From NCBI GenBank assembly GCA_963817895.1, contig CAWFQB010000001.1:96001-160000 (forward strand): a DNA stretch of 64,000 nt, in the 5' to 3' direction. Positions 51,400-62,661 of the stretch are shown here, one piece after another. Within the stretch, counting starts at the first letter, position 1. Each line of letters starts with the position of its first letter. Both the position numbers and the translations under genes were made by a program. The notes beneath the pieces are model-generated. The model made no database searches and had not been told where the DNA came from. It was given only the letters and a program-made list of their open reading frames with translations. The stretch comes from an uncultured Chthonomonadaceae bacterium (lineage in GTDB: Bacteria > Armatimonadota > Chthonomonadetes > Chthonomonadales > Chthonomonadaceae).

Positions 51400-52817
51400 T
51401 CATCCCTCATCCTTCATCCTTTCCTCCGGCAACGACATCGTCACGACCACGCATGCGCCACCCTCCGGGCGATTGGTGAAGACGATGTCGACGTGCAGGT
51501 CATGGTGTCCCGTGCTGTCAATGAGTTCAAGGCCAGTGTTGGCGGCGGCGCGGGGGTTGAAGTTGGGCGGGAAGCCGGGGCCATCATCGCAGACTTCCAG
51601 CCGCGCTTTGCCCAATTCGATAAGCGCAAACGTCAGTTCGATGTCGCCCTTGCCGTGCTTGACGGCGTTGCTGATGATCTCGTTGATGAGAATGGTCAGC
51701 GAACCCAGCAGGCGCGCGGGCAACTGCACATCCTGTATTTTCGTTTTCAAACGGCGCGTTCCCAATGTGGACTGCACGAGGGGCAGCAGCCAATTCAGCG
51801 CGGCGGCCACGCTGATAGCATCCGCTTCCTGATTGTTTTTGACCGCAGCCGTCAGCAGATCATGCACGGCGGCGAGGGTGCGAATGTGCATCCCAAGCCG
51901 CTTCCACTCCGACAGCGGCACACTCGCCATATCCTCCATCACCTGCATATCCACAAGGGCGCTGATTACCTGCAAATTATTTTTTACGCGGTGATGGGTT
52001 TCGGCCATTGCGCGATGCAGGCGGGCATTGAGTTCCTGAATCTCCTCCTGCCGCTGCTGCTGTTCGCGCTGCATCCGTTGCCGTTCGGAAATATCGGTCA
52101 GAATATATACCGCGCCCGCCAGTCCGCCCTGCGCTTCGGATACGGGATCGGCGGTGATGCGCAGACTGCGCCCGCCCACATCCACTTCCACGCTTTCGCG
52201 CCCGCTGCCCTGCTGTAAATCCGACATGCGCGGCAGCGTTTCCACGCCCAAAACTTCGGCAAGCAGGGGGCAAGCGAATGACCGAGCAGGCTTGCCAGCG
52301 GCATTTGCAGCAGTTCCGAAAACACCGCGTTTCCCCTGCGAATACGCCCCTCCCGATCCAGCAGGCATACGGCGTCGCTGATCGCTTCAAAAGTGGTGTT
52401 CCATTCGCGGGCATTGACGATTGCCAGTTCTTCGGCAAGCCGCATCCGCAGCAGAGAATGAACGGTCGCCAGCAGCTCAACCGGTTCTACCGGCTTGATG
52501 AGATAGCCGTCCGCGCCGCCCTCCAACCCCTGCGCGCGATCCGCGCTGCTCACAAAACTGGCGGACAGATGCAAAACCGGGATGGAAGCCAGAGCGGGGT
52601 CGGCCTTGATTCGGCGGCATACTTCGAAGCCGCTGATGTCCGGCAGGCGCACATCCAGCAAAATCAGCGCGGGGAGATTACGCGCCAACAGCAGCGCTGC
52701 CTCCCCGGTTGTCGCTTCCTGAACAATGTACCCGGCCTTTTGCAGCGTTCGCGTGACGGCATAGCGGTTGGCGTCGTCATCATCGGCGTTGAGCAGCGTG
52801 AGCGTACGGTTAGGCAT
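51400..52817 (-). CDS. Hybrid receiver-PAS-histidine kinase (HisKA_2 type), frameshift near 52275
   Basis: Receiver LLDVRLPD and YLIKP; PAS region; ETHHRVKNNLQ, NEIISNAVKH, DDGPG. Confidence 0.88.
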
Positions 52818-53024
52818 GATGCGCCTCCCGATGCAGGCTGGCAGGCGCGATATCCGGCAGCGCCAGAGCGGACGAAACCGCCTCATACCGTCCCCATCGG
52901 CTAATATTGGCAGGCCGTTTCCGCCGTACTCGTTGGTTATGGCTTCCACGTTTCATGCGCTTTCTCCTCGTGTTTTACACAGGAGTTTAACACATCCAGT
53001 GGACTAAATTTTCGGAGGCATATC

Positions 53025-53052
53025 AGTAACCCGCATAAACATGTGGGTTACT
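53025..53052. other. Intergenic hairpin
   Basis: AGTAACCCGCAT-AAAC-ATGTGGGTTACT. Confidence 0.4.
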
Positions 53053-53151
53053 CAGACCATCTGCCAACTGTCCTGTAAATGGAGAGTTGCACTATTTACC
53101 GCATCGGGCATACACAGATAGTTTTATACTTTCATACCAGGTTAGTTTAAC

Positions 53152-54285
53152 CTAAAGAGCCGGTATTTGATATGCCGAGCGCGGATTACAGCCTTGCAGG
53201 ATTACCAGCCCCCCGCCCCCGGTCTGTTCTTCCAATGTGTATTCGATGGGCAGGAATTGCTGCGCCACAAACAGCACAGTACGCAGATGATCCGTGACAA
53301 GTGGGGTTGTCCAGCGGCTTTCCCCGGCAATCAGGGCGCAGGGCAGGACCAGTTGATCGGCCAGATGTTCGTCCGTTGCCGCGCTGCCACCCTGCCAGTT
53401 TTGAAAGCCGCGTATGGCGTCCGTTGCCACTCGCTCCATCGGTTTGCCGCGTTCGCCAAGTGATACCCAACCGCCCCGGCCGTTCTGACATTCGGCAATC
53501 AGCAGAACGCCCGCGCCCGCGCCGTTGCTGTCCAAACTCCGCTTTTCCACCTGAACGGGGACGCCGTAGCCCTTCAAGTTCCTTGCGGAATACCTCTTCG
53601 GCGCGGTCGGCAACATGGTCGGGCAGTTGCGATGTGGTGACAATGGCGCGAAGGGTTTGCAGCCTGCCCCGTTCCGTCAAATCATGGGGCGTATTCAGGC
53701 TGCCACCCCGCAATTCAAGGGCGATTTCACCCCCGCCGCGTGGAAAGAAGCCCGCCTTCAGACTGCGCATTGCCACATCCAATCCCAAACGCCGCAGCAG
53801 GGGCAGATACACGCCCTCGATGTAATCCGCAGTCGGCGACATCGGCACATGCGTACCGCCTAAAATGGTGGCGCGAAGGGTTGCGGCGCGCCACCCGTAA
53901 ACGCGGGCAGAAACGCGAGCGGCACAAGCAGGGTTTGCGCCACAAGCCCGGTTGCGCCCGCCGAAGCCCCGCCCCGCGCTTCCGCCACATCGAACCGGAA
54001 GCTATCCGCCTGCGCCTTTGCGCCCGGAACAAACCGGAGGAACTGCGAACCGAGTTCCGCGCCGTGCAGTGTGGCGTCGCACAACGCGCCCGCCGCCCGA
54101 ACGGACGTGAGATGCTGCGCCTGCAATCCCGGCTTGCTGCGCCGCGCCCGGATGTTGACGATTTCCACCGCCCGCCCGGTAATCGCCGCAAGCGAAACGC
54201 TGGTGCGAATGATCTGCCCGCCGCCCTCGCCAAACGCGCCGTCAATAGCAATCACCGGCAAATTTTCTTTCTCTGTCTTGCTCAT
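53152..54285 (-). CDS. rtcA: RNA 3'-terminal phosphate cyclase, two frameshifts
   Basis: IDGAFGEGGGQIIR, PGLQAQHL, GFFPRGGG, DEHLADQL, TDHLRT; breaks near 53860 and 53580. Confidence 0.9.
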
Positions 54286-54293
54286 AATGGTTC

Positions 54294-55532
54294 TTATCGG
54301 CGCGCAACATCGTAATGGTAAACAGGCAGTTTCCAGGGCTTGCGGTACTCGCGCATGTAGGAGGACGTGTCTTTGCCCGCTTTGCCCACGAATGTCCATC
54401 TTGTCTTTGCTCCAGCGCACGGTTTCGCCGCACAGAACGGACACGTTCGCGAGATGGCAGACAATCGTGGTTTGCGCCATGGACGACAGGTTGGAGCGGG
54501 GCTGTTCGCGGGATTTCATGCAGTCTATCCAGTTTTGCCAGTGATCGTTGGTGGCGGCGTGCGCTCTTTGGGCAACTGTTCGCCCTTCGGATCGAGGATT
54601 TCCCACCCGCCGCGCCACACGCGCACCGTCCGCCCGTCCGCGCTCACCCATTCCGTGCCGTGATCGGGCCGTCCGGGGAAATCGCGCCCCGTTTGCCAGT
54701 GCAGCACGAAATCCGGGTTTTGGAAGCGCATGATGGTTTGAACCGTATCGGGAGCCGTGCGGTCATCGTTCGGATAGGCGAATTTGCCGCCGAAGGAGGA
54801 GATTTCGTCTGGCATGGGCAGATCGGTATCGTGGCTCATGCCGAGCAGGGCGATATCCATCATGTGAACGCCCCAATCGCCCGTCATGCCCGTGCCGTAG
54901 TTGAGGAACCAGCGCCAGTTGCTATGGACATGGTTGGGCGCGTAGGGAATGCAGGGCGGCGGGGCCGGTCCACATATCGTAATCCAGATTGGCGGGCGGC
55001 GTGGAGGCGGGCGAATGCCCGACCTGCGCGTCATCGGTTTTCCAGGCGCGGGCGGTCACGATTTTGCCCAGTTTGCCCGACCGTACATACGCGACCGCGC
55101 TGGTAAACTCGCTGGTGCTGCGCTGCCACGTTCCGACCTGCACAATCTTCTTGTAGTGCTTCGCCGCCGCATCCATGCATTTTGCTTCGACAATATCATG
55201 CGAGATGGGTTTTTCGCAGTAACGCATCCTTGCCCGCTTCGACCGCATGGATCAGGTTCAGGGCGTGCCAGTTATCGGGCGTGCCGACGATCATGGCGTC
55301 AATGTCCTTGCGCTCCAGCATCTTGCGGTAATCGGAATAGAGGTCGGGCGCTTTGCCGTATTTTTGCGTGACGAACTTGATGTCTTCCGGCATCCGGTCT
55401 TTATCCACATCGCACAGGGCGGCGACGCTGATTTCGGGCTTGTCGGCAAGTATCCGCATATTGGACGCGCCCATGCCCTCCACATCCGATCAGTCCGAGT
55501 ACGATTTTATCATTCGCGCCAATGTTCGCCAT
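54294..55532 (-). CDS. Gfo/Idh/MocA oxidoreductase, multiple frameshifts
   Basis: LGLIGCGG, GTPDNWH, YCEKP, QVGTWQRS, DWGVHMMD and YRKPW fall in successive frames. Confidence 0.85.
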
Positions 55533-55548
55533 TGTCTTCTCCTTGTTG

Positions 55549-56220
55549 TCAGGGGGTAAACCATTTGTCCGGCGGGGTTTGGCTGGTATAGAATTGTTCC
55601 AGCCGAAAGGCTTTCTGATGCCCGTCCATCAGAGTCAGGTTTGCGCGCTGAAAATGCCGCGCGGCAGGCCGCGCGTCTGCATCATCGTTGAGCGGGTGTG
55701 AGGGCGCGGTCAGCTTGTAGGCGTTCGGGCGGTCTGTTTTCAGGTCGTCCCGCGTTCCCAATTCTCCCAGCATTAGCGTGTCGGCGGGCGTCTGGAAAGC
55801 CGCCAGCGTGACAAGGTTGGTCTTCAGGGCGTCGGGATCGGTAAGGTCGGGAAAAGTGATCTCGTTCAGGCCGTAGGAGTTGAGTTTGCCGTTTACATCA
55901 TCCGGGCAGCGGCGTATCTGATTGTTCTTGAGATAGGGCGCAATCAGCTCCGGCCACAATATGCCGTCGCCGCTTGCCGAGGGAATGGCAACCGGGGCCA
56001 GTGTCTCGTCATAATCCTGAATGTACATCAGCATACCCAAACCGATTTGGCGCGCGTTGCTGCCGCATTGCGCCTGCCTTGCCTTGCCCCGCGCCTGCGC
56101 AAAAACCGGAAACAGTATTGCCGCCAGAATCGCGATAATGGCGATGACGACGAGCAGTTCGATGAGGGTGAAAGCAGTGTTCGGTGTTCGGTGTTCGGTA
56201 TTCGGTATTAAAAGGCGCAT
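55549..56220 (-). CDS. Prepilin-type N-terminal cleavage/methylation (DUF1559) protein
   Basis: [50 protein letters not shown]. Confidence 0.92.
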   Translation of the reverse strand: MRLLIPNTEHRTPNTAFTLIELLVVIAIIAILAAILFPVFAQARGKARQAQCGSNARQIGLGMLMYIQDYDETLAPVAIPSASGDGILWPELIAPYLKNNQIRRCPDDVNGKLNSYGLNEITFPDLTDPDALKTNLVTLAAFQTPADTLMLGELGTRDDLKTDRPNAYKLTAPSHPLNDDADARPAARHFQRANLTLMDGHQKAFRLEQFYTSQTPPDKWFTP

Positions 56221-56239
56221 AAAGTTCTTCCTGTCGGAC

Positions 56240-56806
56240 TTATGAAGGCCGGAACATGACATCGGTGCGCAGGACGTATTTGCGCCCGCTGATTACAGGC
56301 GCTCCCTCATGCAATTGCAGATGGTCGAAAACCAGCGCCATGCCCTGACGTGGCGCGACATCTACTTTCAGCTGATCATTATCACGGTAAAACCTGGTGT
56401 TACCGCCCTTGTAGCCATCGTTCAGATAGATCATAAACGTGAGCAGACTCTCCTCGCCGTTGCCGCGCCGGAAACTGCCGTCGTAATGTGGCGCGAACGC
56501 CTGCCCCGGATCGTAGCGGTAGTAGCGGAACCGCTCATTCAGGCCAGTCAGACTCCATTTACCGCGCTGCGCCGGGAGAAACGGTCGAACGCGCTCGAAC
56601 AATTTTGCCGCGAGTGGAACATCGTCGTGGATCACGCGCTCATTGTTGCGAACGTCCTTCATCAGAATGGGCTTGCCGCCCATCATAATCGGCGCGTCGC
56701 CATAGCCCTCCTGTTCACTTTCCACAATAAACGCGGCGCACTCTTCGGGCGTCAAAAAGTCGTGAACAACAAAAATGAACTCGCCAGCCAGTTGTTCTTT
56801 GCGCAT
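56240..56806 (-). CDS. 2OG-Fe(II) oxygenase (prolyl-4-hydroxylase-like)
   Basis: HYD, IYLND...GGNT, LHEG, KYVLRTD. Confidence 0.9.
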   Translation of the reverse strand: MRKEQLAGEFIFVVHDFLTPEECAAFIVESEQEGYGDAPIMMGGKPILMKDVRNNERVIHDDVPLAAKLFERVRPFLPAQRGKWSLTGLNERFRYYRYDPGQAFAPHYDGSFRRGNGEESLLTFMIYLNDGYKGGNTRFYRDNDQLKVDVAPRQGMALVFDHLQLHEGAPVISGRKYVLRTDVMFRPS

Positions 56807-56839
56807 GTGTGTTTTTCCTTTCTACGGTATAATAGCGAT

Positions 56840-57106
56840 ATGAACACAGCCACAAATGAAAAACTTATGAGCGAACTCTCCGGTCTCCACGCTCCCGTTC
56901 AAAAGTGGGAGATTGACACCGGCACGGATGCAACTGGCGAGAACGCCGTATGGATATGGGCCATCGTGGAGGATACGAAGTTGTCGCGCCTTTCACAGGA
57001 AGTTCGCGCCAGACTGCGCGACAGTGTGCGCGCTGCTGTAAGCCGCGCGGCGGAAAGCCCTGCGCTATCCGTGTATGTAAGATTTCGCGCCGCTTCGGAG
57101 GTTTAG
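56840..57106 (+). CDS. Small hypothetical protein, probably leaderless
   Basis: 88 aa from ATG 56840; TATAAT at 56828-56833; DATGENAVWIW...YVRFR. Confidence 0.65.
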   Translation: MNTATNEKLMSELSGLHAPVQKWEIDTGTDATGENAVWIWAIVEDTKLSRLSQEVRARLRDSVRAAVSRAAESPALSVYVRFRAASEV

Positions 57107-57170
57107 CGCGTGGCACTCCATTTATACTGTGTTGGTAACATGAAATTTAGTTAGAACTGGAGAAAACCAG

Positions 57171-57377
57171 ATGCAAGCTTTACGGTATGTTGTGGAAGTT
57201 GGGGCAGAGGGCAGGTTAGCCCTCCCGCTTATCAGCCTGAAAGAGGGAACTTCGGTTGAAATCATTGTCCTCGTGCGCGAACAAGAAGAGGATACGAGTG
57301 ATTTGTTGGCGGCTTCCACAAGCAGTTTAAGTTTTTGGGACAACCCGGTAGATGATGAGGTTTGGAATGACGCCTAA
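57171..57377 (+). CDS. Putative antitoxin (swapped-hairpin-like)
   Basis: 68 aa, LKEGTSVEIIV, FWDNPVDDEVW; overlaps the toxin start. Confidence 0.75.
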   Translation: MQALRYVVEVGAEGRLALPLISLKEGTSVEIIVLVREQEEDTSDLLAASTSSLSFWDNPVDDEVWNDA

Positions 57378-57693
57378 ACAGCGAGACATCGTGCTGATTC
57401 CTGTTCCCTATACCGATCTGAGCAGCACAAAGCGGCGTCCGGTGCTTGTCCTTTCCAGTGATACGCACAACAGCGTATCGGCAGATATTGTAGTTGCTGC
57501 TATCACGTCCAATCTGGCTGCTGGCAGTACAGGCGTCCTCATTGATGCAGGCGATATGGAAACCGGAACACTGCCAAAACAGAGTTTGGTGCTGTCCGGC
57601 AAAATTTACACGTTGAGCAAAAGCATCATTGTCAAACATTATGGCCGCCTGAAGCCTGAACTATTGCAGCAAGTATTCGACGCGCCTTCATAG
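57367..57693 (+). CDS. PemK/MazF-family toxin
   Basis: DIVLIPVPYTD, KRRPVLVLS, AAITS; the last residues may come from the abutting fragment. Confidence 0.9.
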   Translation: MTPKQRDIVLIPVPYTDLSSTKRRPVLVLSSDTHNSVSADIVVAAITSNLAAGSTGVLIDAGDMETGTLPKQSLVLSGKIYTLSKSIIVKHYGRLKPELLQQVFDAPS

Positions 57694-58651
57694 GATGTGC
57701 CTATTGCAAGGTTCTTACGACTGGATTCCGGGTAAAAGTCAGCGTTCACATGAACTGGCAGACTGGTTTGCTGTTGTGTCGGCAACGTAGCGTAATACAA
57801 GCCTTGTGCGTTTGCAGCGTCGTGACAAATGGCAATCAGGACTTTTGATTGCCGTTTGGCTTCAATATAGCCGCTGTTGGCATGTCTTAACAGGGCGGCT
57901 TTCGCGTCGAAATTGCCCTCAAAAACATGCCAATCTGTCGCTTTTTCTCCGTTTAAGATTGTGGTTGTATTACCTTCTTGCTTGCGGAGAACAACTTTGG
58001 TGAGCGTTCCATTTCTTTTGATTTCAACACGGGTGACATGGCGTAGAAAGAGAACTGCCTGCGGTATGCTCACCGCTACTTTCTCGGCAAACTCCTCAAT
58101 ATCTTCCGGGCGAATAGCAGGAGAACCTAATCGTCTATGCAAGGTACATTCCGGGTCAGTTGACCAAGGCAAAATAAATCGCGTTCCATCAAAAGGTTCT
58201 ATTATATTCTGGCGGATACGTCTATCTTCCGTCTCTTCCGGGTGCATGCGCCAGTGACGGCTTCCAGAAATCAGTTCAGGATGAATTTCGTAAGTTGATA
58301 AACCGATACAAAGCCGAAGCCAAAGGCTCCTGTCGTTCCTTCTTGGTTTCGTTTGTCTCCTCCAGCCATGATTGTGAAACGATGAAAGTCGCATCGGCGG
58401 TTGATATTGGGATCAAGATTCCATGAACATTCATACTGAGTTAAATCGCCACAGTCCTTGAAAACGGAGTTATTTTCAACCATGAGGAACCCGTCACAAA
58501 CGTCAAAGATAACTTTTGTTGCCCCTGCATCATCAGCATTTTGAAGCAATTCATTTGCAAGAGTATCGTAGCCTCGGAGGTCACGTAGTTTGGCGTATAA
58601 TTCGCCAACATGATCAAAACCTTGTCGAATATGGGATGAGTTCTTGTTCAA
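57684..58651 (-). pseudogene. Truncated sacsin-like (GHKL ATPase) N-terminal fragment
   Basis: NELLQNADDAGA, GAFGFGFVSVY, GTRFILP, LPVHVNADF; frameshift near 58290; ends abruptly in the toxin gene. Confidence 0.8.
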
Positions 58652-58783
58652 TCATTTTGTATCAGCCTCGGCAACACGGTGACGACAGAAATTTTGTACT
58701 TACAAGTCACAATGTATTACAGTTTGTTCTGCTTCCCTTACTGATTTTCCTGCTTATGCTGGTACTCCGCCAAACAAGCATTT

Positions 58784-59428
58784 TCAACGCCCAATCAGCA
58801 GATGATAATAACCGGTCAGGCCGTTGAGGACGAATTGCACGGCGAGGGCGGCGAGGGCGACGCCTAACACGCGGGTCGCGACGTGCGCGCCCGCTTTGCC
58901 GATGCGGGCCATCACGCGCTCGCCCAGCCACATCGCCAGCCACGTCACCCCGAACACCACAACCGTTGCCGCAAACAACGCGCCGGTCAAATGCGCCTGC
59001 CCCCGCGCCTGCGCCATTAGCAGCAGCAGGCTTGTCATCAGTCCCGGCCCGGTGAGCAGGGGAATGGCAAGCGGAAATATCGCCACATCCGGCGCGGGAT
59101 TGCCCTGTTCGTCCTGCTGCGCCGATTGCATTCCGCCCCGATTTCCGAACAGCATGGGCATGGCCGTGCCGAACAGCAGAATGCCGCCGCTGATGGCGAA
59201 CGCATGAACGCTCACGCCCATGTAGCGCAGGGCCGCGTCCCCCACGAAGAGGAAAAATACGGCAATGGCAAAGGCGGTCACAATGGCGCGGCGCAATACG
59301 CCCCGGCGCTCCGGCAGCGACATACCCTCCGTGAGCGCGGCGAACATCGGCAACATTCCGAGCGGGTCTACAATGACCAGCATCGTCACAAACGCGGTCA
59401 GAAAAAATTGAAATGTGGCTTGAAACAT
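58784..59428 (-). CDS. MarC-family membrane protein
   Basis: IVDPLG, AFAISGGILLF, FPLAIPLLTGPG. Confidence 0.92.
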   Translation of the reverse strand: MFQATFQFFLTAFVTMLVIVDPLGMLPMFAALTEGMSLPERRGVLRRAIVTAFAIAVFFLFVGDAALRYMGVSVHAFAISGGILLFGTAMPMLFGNRGGMQSAQQDEQGNPAPDVAIFPLAIPLLTGPGLMTSLLLLMAQARGQAHLTGALFAATVVVFGVTWLAMWLGERVMARIGKAGAHVATRVLGVALAALAVQFVLNGLTGYYHLLIGR

Positions 59429-59460
59429 GAAGATAGCATACGCAATACTGTTCAAGTAAG

Positions 59461-59592
59461 AGCCGCGCGTTGAAACTCGCGGCTGTGATAACGTAGTCTG
59501 CCTGCGCAGACTACACTTATTCGCAAAATTTCTCCGCCTTCAGTCCGCGCAGGCTGACTTCGTTATCACAGCCGGGGCATTTATTCCCCGGA
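59461..59592. repeat. Inverted pair of REP-like two-hairpin elements
   Basis: The core CGGCTGTGATAACGnAGTCnGCCTGCGCnGACT occurs on + at about 59480-59512 and on - at about 59542-59574, each beside a hairpin; a related hairpin lies at 5199-5221. Confidence 0.7.
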
Positions 59593-60376
59593 CTTCTTCG
59601 GGAAACATTTCCAGTTGTGTTTCGTCGTGTGCCGCGCCATTGGGTTCGGTTCCAATTTTGCTGTTTTTGCCGTTGGCGGCGTGTTTTTCCGAACCGTTTG
59701 CCGATGCGCGGCGTTTGGAACCGGTTCCATTCGAGGTTGACAGGGACTTTGCTTCGCCGTTGCGCTTGTGGGAGGCGCGAAGAGCAGTCGGCATGTTGCG
59801 CACCTGATGGCAGCGGCGGCAGCGGGCTTCATAAGTCTCGTCCGCGCCCACCAGAATCGTCGGCTCGTCCCAACCTGCGGGGCGTCCATTCACCAATCGC
59901 TGCGTTCGGCTCGCGTCCTGCCCGCACACCTTGCAAATGGCGTGAAGTTTCATCACGTTGTCGGCTAAAGCCATTAATTGCGGCATGAAACTGAACGGCA
60001 TGCCCCGGAAATCCTGATCCAATCCCGCCGCAATCACCTCCACGCCCCGATCCGCGAGACGCTGGCACATTGCCACCACGCCCTCATCGAAAAATTGCAC
60101 CTCCTCGATGCCAACAATCTGCACATCCGGTTCCAGCAGGCTCTCTATCGCCCGCGAGTCCGGCACGGTGAGCGCGGTAAACGTCATGCCGTCGTGCGTC
60201 CGTATCACGGTCGTATCGCAGCGCGTGTCCATTGCGGACTTGAAGACCTGTACGCGCTTGCGGGCATGCATCGCCCGCCGTACAAGCCGAATCAGTTCTT
60301 CGGTCTTGCCGGAAAACATGCTGCCACAAATAACGGTCAGGGAACCGGGCGGAGCTTTCAAAATAGACACGGGCAA
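59540..60376 (-). CDS. tdk: Thymidine kinase with low-complexity C-terminal tail
   Basis: GSMFSGKTEEL, IEEVQFF, AGLDQDFRG, CKVC, YEARCRRC. Confidence 0.96.
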   Translation of the reverse strand: MPVSILKAPPGSLTVICGSMFSGKTEELIRLVRRAMHARKRVQVFKSAMDTRCDTTVIRTHDGMTFTALTVPDSRAIESLLEPDVQIVGIEEVQFFDEGVVAMCQRLADRGVEVIAAGLDQDFRGMPFSFMPQLMALADNVMKLHAICKVCGQDASRTQRLVNGRPAGWDEPTILVGADETYEARCRRCHQVRNMPTALRASHKRNGEAKSLSTSNGTGSKRRASANGSEKHAANGKNSKIGTEPNGAAHDETQLEMFPEEVRGINAPAVITKSACAD

Positions 60377-60392
60377 CGATCCTCGATACGGA

Positions 60393-60622
60393 AATTCACC
60401 ACCCGCTTCGCTAGAGACACAGAGACACAGAGAGGGAACACAGAGAGAATATAGGAGATAGGAGATACGAGGGGAGAATAGACAGGATTAACAGAATTTT
60501 CAGGATGGAACAGAATTATGTTGGAGAGGGTAGGCGTGTGGTTATTCCCTCTCGTATCTCGTATCTCGTATCTCTTATCTTGTATCTTCTCTCTGTGTCT
60601 CTAGCGCAGCGGGTGGTGAATT
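60393..60622. repeat. MITE-like element with 33-bp terminal inverted repeats and internal microsatellites
   Basis: AATTCACCACCCGCT(T/G)CGCTAGAGACACAGAGA at both ends with 1 mismatch; internal (GATACGA)/(TCGTATC) arrays; partial copy at about 25663-25689. Confidence 0.85.
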
Positions 60623-61547
60623 ATCCTTTCAGGTTGGTTTGAAAAAAGGCTTTCAGGGTGGCGTCGTAAGTGGCGCGTTCTTCCGAGTTGATGCGGACGT
60701 GCCACGAGCGGGGCCACAAAGTCAGAGTTTTGGGCTGTTGCGCGGCTTCGTACAGGGCGCGGGCGTCGTTGGGGTTGACGATTCGATCCCGCGCGCCGTG
60801 CATCAGCAAGACGGGACGGGGCGCGATTTGCGCGATCACATTGAGCGGCGATACGGATACCGGGTCGGCGTCCATCCAGCGTTTGCCCCAGTACGCGGCG
60901 GGACGGGAAAAGGCAAGCCCTGCCGGACCCAGTACCGACCGCCCCCTCTGGTCAATGGCGCGATCCAGACTGGCATACGCGCCGTGCGTGGCAACGGCCT
61001 GCAAACGCGGTTCCTGCGCGGCCGCCATCAGGCACACGGCCCCGCCCATGGAAATGCCATACGCGCCCATAGGCAAGCCGTCCATTTCCGGGCGCAGCGC
61101 AAGCGCGTCTACCGCGCCAAGCAAATCCTTCACTTCATGATACCCGATGGAGCATAGCGTTCCCTCGCTTTGTCCCAATGCGCGAAAATCAAACAGCAGG
61201 GTATGATAGCCCGCGTGGTGCAATAATCGCGCCCAGGGCAGCATCTCCACGCGGTTCATCGGATGCCCGTGACACAAAATCACGCCGCCCCGCGCCTGTC
61301 CATTATCGGGGTTTGCGGGCGCGAACCATCCTGAAATTTTCAGGCCGTCCCGCGAGTTGAAAGGTAATATCTTCCCATTCGGGGTCGCCGTCGCGCCGAA
61401 AGCGCATAACCGGCAGGCGCGCGGGGTGGGTGGCAAGCCACGCATACGCCAGCGTCCCCGCCGCCCACCCCGCGCCCGCCAGCAGTAATCCCGCGCCGAC
61501 CAGTCCGGGCGATAGCCGGCTTTTTCCCGGTTCGTGCAGCCTGCCAC
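60621..61547 (-). CDS. Alpha/beta hydrolase
   Basis: DGLKISGWF, LCHGH, FDFRALGQS, GISMGG, MHGARD; probable frameshift near 61385 affecting the N-terminus. Confidence 0.85.
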   Translation of the reverse strand: MAGCTNREKAGYRPDWSARDYCWRARGGRRGRWRMRGLPPTPRACRLCAFGATATPNGKILPFNSRDGLKISGWFAPANPDNGQARGGVILCHGHPMNRVEMLPWARLLHHAGYHTLLFDFRALGQSEGTLCSIGYHEVKDLLGAVDALALRPEMDGLPMGAYGISMGGAVCLMAAAQEPRLQAVATHGAYASLDRAIDQRGRSVLGPAGLAFSRPAAYWGKRWMDADPVSVSPLNVIAQIAPRPVLLMHGARDRIVNPNDARALYEAAQQPKTLTLWPRSWHVRINSEERATYDATLKAFFQTNLKG

Positions 61548-61721
61548 TTCTAAGCCCGTCTTGACAATCTAAAGCATTGTGTTTATACTGATGTGCGGCA
61601 TTACGAAAGTTTGAAAACAGCATATTTCGGTCAACTCATTTCTTTATTCTCTTTATGTTGATGGAGGAGGACGCAACAAGTTGTGTCCTTACGGGGCGGG
61701 TTATTGTTGCAGGAGCGCCAG

Positions 61722-62393
61722 ATGGCAGATCAGGAACCGAACAACAGCGCGGAGGCTTTGCCCCCGGCATACGAGGGTTGGGAAAGCGAGCGCGACACGG
61801 AACGCGCGAAAATCACCATTCGCGTGATGGCAATCGTGATTCTGCTGGGAACCGCGTTCTGGTTGCGCGGGCATGACGGAACCGTAGCGGTTTCCGTTCG
61901 CGTTCTGCTGGCTCTGGCGGTCGGGGCGGGCGTAATGACGTTGCTGGAAACCCTGTTTTTGTACCGTCCCAATTGCGTGACCATTCCGCGCAGTTTCAAA
62001 TACGTTACGGTCGCCGGAGACATGGCGTTTGTGTCCATCCTGATCTTCACTACGGGCGGCGCGCGCAGTCCGTTTTTCTTTGTTTACTTTGTGTTTCTGA
62101 TTTCCAACTGCCTGCGCTACGGCCTGCGCATGAGCCTGTTTGTCGCCCTCGTGTTCAACATCTGCTACGCGCTGGTGTTGGGATTGGCTCCCACAACGGA
62201 AGCGCAGGCGTCGGTACAGGGCGGCGAGGGGCTGAAATTCTTAGCGTTCTGGGCGATTGCGTTTTACGGCGGCAGCGTTTCGGAGCGTTTCCGGCGTCAA
62301 GCCAATCAACTGCGCGTGTATGAGGAGAGCCTGCTGGAACTGCGCGCGCAACTAAAAGCGGCTTCTGCGTCGAAAGAGGAGGAAACGCCATGA
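61722..62393 (+). CDS. Multi-TM protein resembling a histidine kinase/GGDEF sensor module without a catalytic domain
   Basis: RBS AGGAG; TGGARSPFFFVYF; short C-terminal coiled coil. Confidence 0.7.
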   Translation: MADQEPNNSAEALPPAYEGWESERDTERAKITIRVMAIVILLGTAFWLRGHDGTVAVSVRVLLALAVGAGVMTLLETLFLYRPNCVTIPRSFKYVTVAGDMAFVSILIFTTGGARSPFFFVYFVFLISNCLRYGLRMSLFVALVFNICYALVLGLAPTTEAQASVQGGEGLKFLAFWAIAFYGGSVSERFRRQANQLRVYEESLLELRAQLKAASASKEEETP

Positions 62394-62647
62394 CACTGCC
62401 GCCGGAATCCTCAGAGCAAGGCGAATCGAGCCGTTCCGTGTCTCACTCTTCCCATCTGAAACCCCTGCGCGTGACGGGCAACATTCTCGCGTATGCCGTC
62501 GTCGGAGCCATTCTTGCGGGCGCAGGATTATTGATTGTCACAGTTCTACACGTTTCACCCTGGCTGTTCCTGCTGTACCCCGTTCTGATTGGAATCCTGC
62601 TCGTTTCTCTGAGCGTCATCGTCCTGCATCTGCTGCACCGTTTTTAG
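62390..62647 (+). CDS. Small two-TM protein
   Basis: RBS GAGGAG; ATGA overlap with the upstream gene. Confidence 0.65.
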   Translation: MTLPPESSEQGESSRSVSHSSHLKPLRVTGNILAYAVVGAILAGAGLLIVTVLHVSPWLFLLYPVLIGILLVSLSVIVLHLLHRF

Positions 62648-62661
62648 CAACGTCTCAACGC

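Noticed and set aside
53152..55532. Programmed frameshifting or pseudogenisation of rtcA and the Gfo/Idh/MocA gene
   Set aside because: Indel density across the window points to assembly error; only the IS630 A8 site fits a known recoding pattern.
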